From: Eledone cirrhosa
Lineage: Eukaryota
DNA: 64,000 bases
Assembly (NCBI GenBank): GCA_964016885.1
Contig: OZ024742.1
Coordinates: 253,146,001 to 253,210,000 of the forward strand
Direction of reading: 5' to 3'
Part shown: piece after piece, positions 34,946-46,779 of the stretch
Layout: every line of letters starts with the position of its first letter
Numbering within the stretch: the stretch's first letter is position 1
Program-made: the position numbers and the translations under genes
Notes under the pieces: generated by a model
What the model saw: only the letters and a program-made list of their open reading frames with translations
What the model was told of the DNA's origin: nothing
Databases searched by the model: none

Positions 34946-35392
34946 AACAGGAATTTGACCTAACCTGACTTGACCCATCCATCTGTTCTCCCCTTTATTC
35001 TCACTATCACAGCACACCGCACCTGTTTCATCTCCCCCATCATGCTCCCCTCAAACTACTCTAACTTTCACACTCTATCAATAACTCTTACCTTCATACC
35101 CCCTCACGACCCAGGTGGGTAGACCTCGGCTGTATTTCCTTCCCAATTACAAACTAAGATAGAGGAAACCACAAGAATACTTAGGTAGAAATACAATTTT
35201 TTCTTTGTTAGTTATACATTCTATTACACTTAGGTGGATCTTTGCATATTTATACTATTATAAACAGTTCCTAATCTTCCTTGGGTAATATTTCTACTCT
35301 AGTTAAAATATACATACAGCCCTATGGAACTGGCCGAACAGATAGCTCTGACACCTTACTAGACTAGGGTTGATTTTTGGGGTGAATGATTA

Positions 35393-38038
35393 CACCGTGT
35401 AACAAAAATTTTTTTTTCTCTGTTCCTGGCTTGTAATCACTTTTTTTGTGTTGCTTAGGTCCCAAATAAATAAAAAAGTGCTATTAAACAGTTAAAAGTT
35501 TGGGTCTTTAAAAATTCTAAGCTATTCACTAGAAATATATTTTATCTTGGATTTTAGGTTGTATGTAAGTTTAATTTGCTTATGTTAAATGATTTTTTTT
35601 TTATATGTTTCAGGTTAAATTAAATTATAAAATAAAGAGTAATACCTAAAGAAAATTATAAAAGTGCAATAAAGTATAACATTGTTAAAAAGTGGATTAA
35701 AGAGATTTATTGATACTGAATTTTTGCACCCTGAATAAAGGGTAAGTTGTGTTTTAAGCACAAATTTTCATTAGTATGATTAGTGTTCTTTTATATTATT
35801 TAAATATGTATTTCCCTTTCCAATATTTATTTTGTATTGCATATCAAATTTATTTTGTATTTTAGGTTTCGATCATGACATTAGACTTGTAATTAAAAAT
35901 TTCTTTCATTGAACTGCACTGCAATTTGGTGCTAAATATTAATTTTTGTTTTCAAAATTTGATGACTTTAGCCTGAATTACCCTACTTATTTTATACATG
36001 TATGTTCACTTAACATGTTTTTATTTATACTTTCAGATCTATAAGATCTATATTTTCTGACTGCATGTATTTCTATATTTTTAGAATGGCTTCAAAGGCT
36101 GCTGGCACCACCCTGACTCTTTCTGTTTTATATGTGGTGAGTATATAAAGAAGAGAGGCAAAAAATTCTCCTTGGAAACGTTGGTGAAGGTTTGTGAAGC
36201 CTACCAGAAGTACTTTGAGATGCCAGTTGGGGACCAGGACAAGCCCTGGGCCCCTCACTACTGTTGTGAACACTGTAAGAAGACGCTGGAAGGGTAGCTG
36301 CGAGGTGAGAAAAGGTCCCTGAAATTTTCCAACCCGCGGGTCTGGTTAGAGCCAACAGACCACGCCACAAACTGCTTTTTTTGCATGGTGGATGCAAGCA
36401 GCGGAAAGGAAAGAATATTGCTGATGTAGATTATCCAGATCTTCCATCACCAATTGCTCCAATTCCTCACTGCTCCAAATATCCCGTGCCCGTGCCACCT
36501 GCTCCAGATGAAGTCCAAGACAAGTATTCTGATGAAGAGGAGGAGATGGATGCTGAGGACTTGGATTACCTGCCTGAGGTACCAGAAAAAGTTCCTCACT
36601 TCCCAAACCAAAAAGAAGTCAATGACTTGGTCTGGGATATGGGTCTGACCAAGTCTAATGCAGAGCTATTCGTCTCCAGGATGAAGCAATGGAACTTGGT
36701 CAAGGAGGAAGTGCAGGTGACAAGTCAGAGAAATCGACACAAACCTTTCTCAGGCTTTTACACTCTTAGGGATGGCCTCTGCTTCTGCCATGACGTGCCT
36801 GGACTGTTTGACATTATTGGGGTGCCGTTTGTGCCCAAGGAGTGGCGGCTATTTATAGACAGCTCCACCACAAGTTTGAAGGCTGTCCTCCTCCACAATG
36901 GAAACAAGTTTCCGACACTGCCCCTAGCTCATTCAGTAGGCCTGAAGGAAGATTACTACAGTGTGAAAGTCCTCTTGGAAGCTCTGCAATACAACCAGTA
37001 CAATTGGGAAATCATTGGAGACTTCAAGATGGTGGCTTTCCTGCTTGGACTCCAAGGAGGCTTTATAAAATTCCAATGCTTCCTCTGCCTTTGGGACAGC
37101 AGAGCCACCTCTGACCACTACAAAAGAAAGAACTGGGAGCAGTGAACAGAATTTGTTGTTGGGACGCGGAACGTCATGTGGGAGCCACTGGTTGATCCCA
37201 GGATTGTGCTCATGCCGCCACTGCACATTAAGTTGGGGTTGATGAAGCAGTTTGTGAAGGCTCTCAATCAAGAATCAGCCGCTTTTAAGTACATTCTTGA
37301 GTTCTTCTCCAAGTTATCTGAGGCCAAAATCAAAGGTGGAATTTTTGTTGGACCTCAGATAAAGAAGGTGTTTGAGTCTACCGAGTTCTCCAATAAGCTC
37401 AATAGGATTGAGAGAACAGCATGGAACTGTTTCAAGGCAGTTGTTAAGGGCTTCCTGGGCAACTACAGAGCTGAAAACTACTAGCAACTGGTGCAGGATC
37501 TGATAAAGGCTTTTGGCGCCATGGGATGTAGGATGTCGCTTAAACTTCATATGCTGGATGCTCACCTGGAAAAATTCAAGCACAATATGGGCACCTACTC
37601 AGAAAAACAAGGCGAACGATTCCACCAAGATGTGAAAGAAATAGAGCGGAGGTACCAGGGCCACTACAATGAAAAAATGATGGGGGACTATCTGGGGGCT
37701 AGTGCGGGAATGCGACCTGGACTACAACTGCAAATCCAGGAAATCCAGTCATTTCTGACGTGTATAAGTTGCTTTATAAGTGTTATTTGTTTTTACTTGT
37801 TTGCTTTTGATAAGCTTGTGTAATAAAATAAATATATACTCTGTTGATTTAATTATATGAACTGATAAATTAAAAAAAAATGTGTTTTTTCTTGAAAAAT
37901 ATGAAAATTTCGAAATATCAAACTCCTGACCACAAACCCAAACTTCTAATTAAATAATAGTGATTTTTATAATAATGGGATATAACAAACCAGGAAATGA
38001 CAATTAGAACCAGGGAACAAAAATTATGTTACACGTTG
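35393..38038 (+). mobile_element. Chapaev3 (CMC superfamily) DNA transposon, both ends intact
   Basis: TTA|caccgtgtaaca ... tgttacacgttg|TTA: TIRs with CAC start and a 3-bp TTA TSD; internal transposase. Confidence 0.85.
36086..37760 (+). pseudogene. Chapaev3-type transposase with stops and frameshifts
   Basis: HPDSFCFICGEY..GDQDKPWAPHYCCEHC..DHATNCFFC; WRLFIDSS..SLKAVLLHNGN; GDFKMVAFLLG..CFLCLWDSR; PPLHIKLGLMKQFVKAL; SLKLHMLDAH..QGERFHQD. Confidence 0.85.
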
Positions 38039-38450
38039 TTATAGTAAATTAGTGTATTGAGGTGCCCTTCCTGTGCATTAGAGTAATTGATAACTAAACT
38101 TCTTTATCAAGAACTGAATTAGTATTAACATCTAAATGCTTTGGTCTTTAGCTAAGTGTTATTTAACTTAAACTCCCTAACTACTTTCTTTGATTCTTAC
38201 ATGCTGAAATTGTATTCTTACCTCTTTGAATTGTAGGCTACCATCTCTTTAAATGAAAGATAGTTGTATAGATTTCTCTCTTAACGCCTGACTGGCTTGG
38301 CACCCACAAGTCACATTGTCTTCTTGCTCCCTCCCCTTTGTCCTTCAGGAACATTGACCACTCCCCGTGACAGACAACAAAAACAACAAATTTTTAGGTT
38401 TTTTTTGCTTTGATTTCTGCTTTTTTCGTTTTGACTGCATGCCCTTATAT

Positions 38451-38645
38451 GGACTGTACCCCTTGATAAGTTCAACTAGATTCCCGCTGTTCTAATACTG
38501 GTGGCTTGGTTCGGATCTAGCTGTTGAAACGGCTGGAGCTCAGCCATTGCGGTCCTGACTATTTTCCTATTACCCACTCTACTACCCTAAGCATTGAGTA
38601 CTCTGGTGCCTTATGGTCTATCTGGTATTTTACCACACCTTCTTT
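38451..38645 (+). mobile_element. Solo pLTR-like segment with a U3-A8 hammerhead, related to 26072-26262
   Basis: cccc-TTGATAA (38463-38469), ctagattcc/ggatctag, GAAA-cggctg gagct cagcc-ATT, then the shared tail ccactctactaccctaagcattgagtactctggtg. Confidence 0.7.
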
Positions 38646-38724
38646 GTTCTTTAGCACCTACTTCAGTAGTGGAGCACTCTTCGATCCATACCACACTCAA
38701 ATCCTGACACTACTGCCAAGCTTC

Positions 38725-38759
<35 letters not shown>

Positions 38760-38767
<8 letters not shown>

Positions 38768-41700
38768 TGCAGTATCGTAAAAGAGAATAGAGAGAAGAGG
38801 TATAAAGAGGTGCGATACAGAATATTACATGCCAAAAGCGGGTGCGTAAGTGTTCGATGCCTGGGTTATCAAGGTTAAATATTAGAGAAAATTAATATTT
38901 AGTGTACAGGATTAAGCAGAGCGGTGATAGGCAAAATAATTAATGAAAGAGTTACAAGCCATTAAATCATATCTTTATAAAGCTCTTACACATGTTTTGC
39001 CCAATGGGGTTCGTCTGAGGCAGATATTAAGGCAAAGTTTTTAATTAAATACCCTGTTCGGGTAAAATAATAATTTAACATCAGAATGCATATTACATAT
39101 ATGTTGTTAAGTATAGAAAAATGGTGGAAAGATGTTAGTATGCTAAGGGAGGTAATTACCGGTGCTGGTATAATGTTTCTTCTCAAACTAATGACCGCTA
39201 CCGGCTTAGTAAGAAATTTTATTTATTATTTAAAAGGAATTAACGTAAGTAGGGTTGGTCAACTCAATGTAATGAGGCGGTGTTAAGGTGTGAGTATGAA
39301 TTATTAGTAAAGTCATTAAAGACTATACACAGGTTTAACTAGTGCAATGTGGCAAGTTCGGTGTGAGTTTGAAGGTCTAGAAAGGTAAAGTCACTTTAGA
39401 TAGAATTTGTATATTTATATGATCAGTTGTCTAAGAAATAGCTTGGGTATAAGCGGCGGTTCTGTAAAATTACCCAAAGATCGGTCTGACCGTGTGGATG
39501 AATATAGCAGGGTAGGCCCAGCTGAATATATGCAGTGCAGCTTCCTGGAGGGAAAACAGAGGGTGGATGATGGTGTTGTTCCAAGTTGTTTAATGGTAAG
39601 TCAACCGCCGGTAAGTCAGGCCAGAGTGTGGTGTTGAGAGCATCAGGTGTTATGGTGGTTATGTAGTTGTTGGGGTCCATCTATAGAAAGATTGTTGCAG
39701 TCGATGGCCGCAATTGATAACAGTTTCAGCCTGACTATTCATGAGGTCCAGGGGTGCTTGCACTATATAATATAGTTCCATCAGGCAGAGTTGGCAGCTT
39801 TTTAAAAAATTGTATGTTGTTGTTTGGTTCACAATTTCCCAATGAGTGGTGAAGCTAATGTTAGTGTCATTTAACTGGGTGATATAATTAGCGAGAGAGG
39901 TAGAGTATCTAAGCTTCCTATTCCTAAAAGAGTGGAGATGTGCCCGAAATCTTGTCTTGAACGCTCCAGAAGTAGCTCCTATGTAAGACTTAACACTATT
40001 ATGACTAGTAACCGTGCATCTATAGATAATATTTTTAGTCAAGCAGTAGCCTCGGAGTGGACAGCCCACAGGGTTACGACAATTGCAATGGTTTTTTGTT
40101 GTCACCTCTAAGGTGGTGAGTGTTGGTGTTAATTGTATTGTTATTATTACCACCATCACCATAGCTACCATAGTTGTGGTTGGCATTATTATCGCTATAA
40201 ACATGCAAAATGGTGCCATTCCCACCTCTCATGCTATAGCGTCTTCTACAGCCATTGTTAGAGCTGCTATGGTTTCTAACCGTGTCGTCGGTCACACTAT
40301 TGGTGCTGCAGTTAGTTTCTACTATGATGCTATTGTGTAATCTACTGCTAATACTAAGGTACCTGTTCTGGTTACTACTATCGTTATCGTGCAGGGCGAG
40401 AGAACTGTTAAGGTTAACTGAGTTGTCATATTCACTAAAATTCTTATTACTAGCATGTTGTATTCTAGTGAGCTTGCTGTGGTTACTTATTGCTATGAGG
40501 TCGGCTAGATTAGGTGTAGTGGAATAGGAGATTTTTAAGTTATTCTTATTGAGGATTTTTCTGTATCTGTGGTTTGGTGGAAAGTTCCTCTCTAAGGTGT
40601 CAAAAAAGATACTGGGTAACTTGGAGGCCACACTCCGAGAGTAGAGGGATGGAACCATAGGACATTACGGTGGCGATTCTGCGTAGTTCTAGGGTTACTA
40701 CGGGTTTTATTGCCTTAGTAGGTGCCCCTATCATGGCTATAGGGCTGCTGTATAATGTGTGCTCTGTTGGCATTATGCCTGAGTGCACAGACACCCCCAG
40801 TACGGCAGTTTAGGGTTACCCTAGGCGGGTTATAAGGTGTAGGTAACAAACTGTCACCTTTATTAAGCTCGTAAGCGGGGAATAATTCCAGTAGGCTGCA
40901 GTTATTACTATAATCAGCCGGACCATGATGGTGTGGGTATGGTAATATACCCGTCCCGCTAGCTTTATGGTTAAGATGCGGGCCGTAGCCAGTGATATTA
41001 TTAACTCTTCTAATACTTTTTATGCTTGTAGGGCCGCTGTGGATTTGGTTATAGGTATGGCTCGCTATAACACTGTTCCTACACGAGGGGGGCTTTATAG
41101 AGCCTGCGTCGTGGAGGTATGAAATTTTGCTGTTATAACCTGAATCAGCCAATGCCTTGTTATAATAATCAGCAGTTTGGCTGAAGAGGTCTTCATTAGC
41201 AGAAAGCCTCGAGATTCTATGTGAGATGCTATACACAATAGAGTTGAGCATAGATTTAGGGTGGTTAGAAGCATAGTTGATGTAGGAAAGGACCTCACCA
41301 GGCTTGTGGTATGGTCTGTATAAGCCGGTACCTAATTATAATGTAACATCTAAGAAAATAACTATATTATGGTTGTGGTCTATAGTTACAGAGAGGCCTT
41401 ATGATTTAAAGAACTTGTGTATATGTTTATTAAAGGTTTTCTATCCTACGAGGCCTATGGTTCTTTACAGTGAATAGGGCATCGTCCCTATACACACCTC
41501 CTTGTAGCACAATGATCTTGTCTCTAAGTCTGTGCAGGAGGTAAATCCCAGCCATGTCAGTTGCCTGCGCTGAGTCACTTGACCCCATTGTGATATCAAA
41601 GTTATCAGGATGGCTGGTTCTGGTCCAGTAGGAGCCCTCGAAATAAATAATGGTTCTCCGCGCTCAAGCACTATATCTATTTCTTTTTTAGTTAAACTAG

Positions 41701-42532
41701 TGTTAGATCTAGCTAAGATGAGGGCCTTATTTAGGAGTATAGGGGAAATAGAGGCGTAGTAATTGTCTATGTCGAACTGGATAAATTTCAGAGATGCCTT
41801 ATCGGGTAGATCTGTGAACCATTTAATGACCTGGTCGGTATTGTTCCAGAGACGGACCTTAGCTTTACTATTAAGTTCAGGTATTATCCTATCAAGAATC
41901 ACTTTGCTAATTCTACCTATATCTGAAGTGGAGGAGCATATTAATCTTATAGAGGGTCTTTCATTAAAATTATATTTGTGATCCTTAAGAGAAAATTTTG
42001 GTGCCATAGGTACATAAGGGTTAGTGTATTTATCTATATCTAAGCTAGTTACAATGTCTTTGCCTAATCTATTAATGTTGTTTAAAGTGCTACTAGGCAT
42101 TTTCATGTAATTTTTGTTTAATTCATTATAGATGAATTGTCTGTATCTACTTACATTCAACTTATACAAGTTCTTAGTTTTAATAGATGCAATAAAAAGG
42201 TGCCTGTCATTCTTGATCTTAGTGATGAGAGAGTCCGGGGATGTCAGGAACGTATTGCTGCATTTGCGTCTATTCTTAAACTTGATATTTTTGATCATCT
42301 TGAGCAAATCTTCCTTAAATGAGTCCAACAGTGTATTGTGCGGTGGGTTCCGGTAGGTCTTAAAACCGTATTTTTCTTTAGGTACTGGAAGATTATCAGT
42401 ATCCTTATCCAAATGGTAGGCCCTCCATCTGACCCTACGTATAAACGAATTCGTAGTGGAAATGAGTTGTTTAAGGTAAGTTTTCTGCTAGGTATAGACT
42501 TGAGAGACATAGGTAACGGTTGTTTCTCCAAC
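38760..42532 (-). mobile_element. Near full-length, frameshifted Naiad-type Penelope-like element
   Basis: EKYGFKT..PP..FKEDLLKMIKNIKF, KTKNLYKL, LKDHK.NF..P.IRLI, FIQFDIDNYYASI; C-terminal CNCRNPVGCPLRGYCLTKNIIY..YIGAT..CQLCLME GIY-YIG; decayed HHR at 38982-39022 in the 3' region. Confidence 0.9.
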
Positions 42533-42565
<33 letters not shown>

Positions 42566-42669
42566 AAAGGTAAACAGAAATAACAACACAATTGGTACAG
42601 TATATGGAAGGTATATATATAATATATGCAAATATATATATATATATATGAAGCATATAGACAATATGC

Positions 42670-42915
42670 TCCCACACCCTCCCACTGCAAAGTGGTCGTG
42701 TAGGCGCCACGGAAAAAAAGCACCCAGCACTCACTGTAAATGAGTTGGTGTTAGGAAGGGCATCCAGCTGTAGAAATCAAGCCAAAATCAGTTCCTGTAT
42801 GAGCTAGGCATGGTCAGCCGACCAGACACTGCCCACAACAGGACAACACGTCTAACCCAGGCTAGCATTGAAGAACGGACGTAAAACGGACGTAAAACGG
42901 TGATGATGATGATAT
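42670..42915 (+). mobile_element. SINE family-B-related 3' part
   Basis: ccactgcaaagtggtcgtg..ggtgttaggaagggcatccagctgtagaaa..ggacgtaaaacg (gat)n. Confidence 0.8.
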
Positions 42916-43263
42916 AGATGATGATGATATATATGATGATATATATATGTATATATTTGTATATATATATATATATAAATGGAAAAAATTAAATTTCATT
43001 TCTCACTCTTAGTACGGCTAATAAATATGGCTAATAAATACGGCTAATAAATATAAGTATGTATACGTACATACATATATGTATACAGATGTACACTAGT
43101 ATGTATATACATACATACATGCACACATACATATATATATGTACGTATGGGTTTACCGAACATTTATTATAATGCTCGGTTTGTTTGTAAACAAACAGCC
43201 CGAATTAGAGCCATACAGTGTTCGGCAACCATCGTTGCCCTTTTGTTCAACACTGACAAAGGA

Positions 43264-43306
43264 ACGATGTACTAGTTTCTAGCTTATTAGCTGCCATCAG
43301 CACCGT
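43264..43306 (-). ncRNA. Minimal type I hammerhead (A9G variant) in a ~300-bp unit between (TA)n tracts
   Basis: Minus: acggtg-CTGATGG-cagctaataagcta-GAAA-ctag-TA-catcgt; extension ctgaca..ggaa/ttcc..tgtcag. Confidence 0.75.
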
Positions 43307-43461
43307 ATACCTTCCTGTCAGTCGATTGAACGTTTGAAAGTATATACTTTCCTTATGCATATTAACGGCTGAGCAGCCTAATTTGCATATAGAGTGATTT
43401 AGTCGGCCGGGTGTACCGAAAAAACGATAAATGGAAAAAATGAATATATATATATATATAC

Positions 43462-43534
<73 letters not shown>

Positions 43535-43674
43535 AATTGCAAACAGAAATAACAAAGCAAATGACACAATACAATGAAGAAATATATTAGTTTTATGCTT
43601 GATTATAGTAGGAAAAGAGTCTTAATCTTTTGAACGCTAGCCCTTCATCAGAAAATAGAATTATATATATATAT

Positions 43675-43945
43675 GTGGTTGGTATTAGGAAGGGCATCCA
43701 GCTGTAGAAAACACGCCAGACAGTCCACGCTGTAATGTGGCCGTGTAGGCAACACGGTAAAAACCTCCCAGCCCCACACTGTAAATGTGGTTGGTGTTAG
43801 GCAGGGCATCCAGCTGTAGAAAACCCGCCAGACAGTCCTATGCGAGCAAGACAACCACTCTTGCCTCAAGTGGGAAAACCCCCATCCAAACCCATGCAAG
43901 CGTGGAACAGGGACGTTAAACGATGATGATGATGATGATGATGAT
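43675..43945 (+). mobile_element. SINE family-B-related 3' part with internal duplication
   Basis: ggaagggcatccagctgtagaaaa twice; tail ccatgcaagcgtggaacagggacgttaaacgatgatg. Confidence 0.8.
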
Positions 43946-44211
43946 ACATATATACACACAAACACATATACATACATATATATTGTTTGTTGTCATGATT
44001 TGGGTGGAGATATGTCTTGTCAATACTGGGAGAGAGAGAGAGAGAGAGAACAGTGATAAAAATACTCTACTTGTATGTAGAGAGCTATATGGAAGAGTAT
44101 ATGATGTCAAGCATTAAATGAGATAAGAACCTTATTCTATCTTTTTCTTCGGTTATACACACACAAACACACACAGACACACAGACACAGAAACACAAAC
44201 ACACACATATA

Positions 44212-44271
<60 letters not shown>

Positions 44272-44984
44272 CTGCCATATTTGTTATGCATGTTATTTTA
44301 TACAGAATTTCTGACACTATTGCTTCATTAGCAATAAAGTACGGTATACAGTGACAGTCTTTGTAATGTTTCTTTTCCCTCTTCTCTTCCTCCTTCATAT
44401 ATTAACTAGAATGTCTTCCTATTTACCGTTACCGAAATGATGTCATTTGTCATTGTTTCATTTGTTTGTTGTTTTGTCTAATGGTGGCATGCTTAATGTT
44501 TCATTTGATCTGAGTTGTTGTTGATTTTATTGTGGTGGCTATTTCTTTCTTTTCTTCTATCTATTTACATTCTATGCTATTAGCTTTACCATTCCATCTT
44601 CAGAATTTTAACTTTGATCCGAAGATGAAGCAGCAGAGTTTCATTCCTTATTTCTCTCTCCCCTAATGATGCAAAGTTGAGAAATTTTCTCTGTTGTCAT
44701 TTTATGCTCTTTCATGTTTCATAAAATTGAATGAAGCATTGGAGATGCTCAGGTGTACAATAGTATTTTAAAAACTTATTACAGTTTATTATTTTTTTCC
44801 TGTGGGAATTGACATACTGTTCATGTTGATTATAGCTGTCTACTTGTTTACTAATCTTTACCTTTTATCCTTTTGTAGTTGATAAATAAATTACGAGTTC
44901 AGTCCAGGAGCATTGGATTGGTGGAATTGTTCAACTGGCTGCTTTGCAATATTTAATCTCATTATGTGAGTTCAAATCTTGCTT

Positions 44985-45275
44985 CCTTCTATCAGAAATT
45001 GTGACTGGCATATAGTATCCACAATGGAAATACCAATAGAAACATAGTTTCCTTGCCCTGATCTGATGATTGACTCCTTTCTTCTGCCAGGAATTGTGAT
45101 GAAAGATAGTATCAGCAATGGAAAAACCAACAGAAACATTGGTATCCTTGACTTAATGTGACAATTGGTTCCTTTCTTCTGCTACCAATTGTGACCAGCA
45201 GATAATATCAGTAATGGAAAGACAAATTGAAGTATTCTTTCCTTTGTCCAACCTGACAGTTGATTCCTTTTCTTT
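44985..45275 (+). repeat. Three diverged tandem 95-bp units; dispersed relatives at ~21215-21335 and ~48250-48320 (minus)
   Basis: aattgtga at 44997, 45092 and 45187; core gatagtatcagcaatggaaa. Confidence 0.8.
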
Positions 45276-45660
45276 TTAGTTAAATGAAGCAAACTTGAGT
45301 AGTCTGCTTCATTGTTCTATGTTCTTTCATGTACCAGAATATTAAATGAAGCATTGGGGATTTTCAGATGCACATTTATATTTTTTAAATGTTTATAATT
45401 TATCATTATGCATCAGATATTTTCAGCAACAAAAAATTATACATTGGAAATTAAACTTTGATATTTGTTGAACTAAGATGTCGAGGCATGGTTTCTCTCC
45501 TCTCCCCAATACATTTGCCCATATTTGCCTTGTTGGGTGAATGTACCTCATTGTAAAGATATCTGGTGGATGGGATCCAAATATGCCTGTTACTTTGCTA
45601 GGCTATCTTATGGACAGACTACCATCTTGCTGCATTATATAATAATTAGAAAACAATTAT

Positions 45661-46026
45661 TTTAATTAAACACACAGTATATTGCCAAATATACTATACA
45701 TACATTCATGTATACATTGCTATTTCAGAGCACTAATACTAATACCTAACTTTTGCTGGACCGGCAACCACTCTGTTTAATCAGCTCCTAAATATTACTG
45801 GAATTCTATAAGAATCTAGCTTCTATAACTCTCGGCACAAGCAAAGGAGTGAGTGGTCTTGATAAATGCTAATAAGCGAGAAACAGGATTGTCGATCACT
45901 TTTCTTTGCTTTTGCCTAGAATAAGTAAGTGACATAGTCACTACTTTAAAACTCATAGCGAATGGTCTCCAAAATGTTTTTAATTAAACATGCAGTATAT
46001 TGCCAAATATACTATACATACATTCA
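45661..46026 (+). mobile_element. 318-bp monomer plus 48-bp terminal redundancy, homolog of the 310-bp retrozyme-like unit
   Basis: taattaaaca..cagtatattgccaaatatactatacatacattca at 45663 and 45981; shares gctatttcagagca, ggaccggcaacc, attctataag and atagcga.tggtct.caaaatgttt with the 32649 unit. Confidence 0.85.
45852..45900 (+). ncRNA. Type I hammerhead ribozyme, U3-A8 core
   Basis: agtggtc-TTGATAA-atgctaataagcga-GAAA-caggattg-TC-gatcact; extension agcaaagg/tctttgct. Confidence 0.85.
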
Positions 46027-46779
46027 CTTATTTTAGTATTTATTTAATAACTATTAATATGTTTTCTTTGCCCCCTTTCTTCTCTTAGCACTTCCTTCCA
46101 TTATTCCCCACCCTTACCTTCCAGTGTCCTTTTTGAGTCTCCCAGTATGCCCAGCAAATTAGTAGCACTCCCTTGAAAATCACTGTTCTCACCTTTTCAA
46201 TACTATGTAACCTGAAACCACCCCTAGTTCTATGATACAAAACTATATATTTTGCAGTGTTTATATTTGTGTAAAAAACCTTCCATCATAATTTTATGTA
46301 AGAACCTTTGTTATGTTATGTTCCCAACATCATCATAATAACAAGCAAGTTAGTTATATTACTAAATCACTCAAAATTCTTGAGTATTTTCAAAATTATA
46401 TGAAAATCATAGGTAGGGTATTTCATTAAAAATGTGGTAATAAACGGTTTAAATTGATTAGCATTTATTAATGCCATTTATTAAACCATATTCTTGTAGT
46501 TTCTTTTAGTTTGTTTAATTGTTTGCTGTTTGAGATCCAGGACTGCTCTTTTTTATTTGTATTAACTGTTTTAATTTGACCATTACCACAATCAGCACAT
46601 TATTATCAACATCTTCATAATCATCAACATCTTCATCATCATCATCATCATCATCATCATTTTATGCCCATGCTCTCTGCTGGAGTAGTTTGGAGAGGTT
46701 GTTATGAGTAGTGAGGCATCTTGTTTATATGTTCCATATTTGCCATGGTGTCTATGACATGATGCATTTCCTAGCACCA

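Noticed and set aside
35100-35375. Possible structured RNA (ggctgtat...atacagcc pairing; ctagactaggg shared with ~49612-49623 minus)
   Set aside because: No recognisable ribozyme core could be drawn and the matches are too short.
45055-45116. Apparent hammerhead CTGATGA...GAAA in the 95-bp trimer
   Set aside because: Stem III cannot form and the motif is not conserved in the other two units; likely chance.
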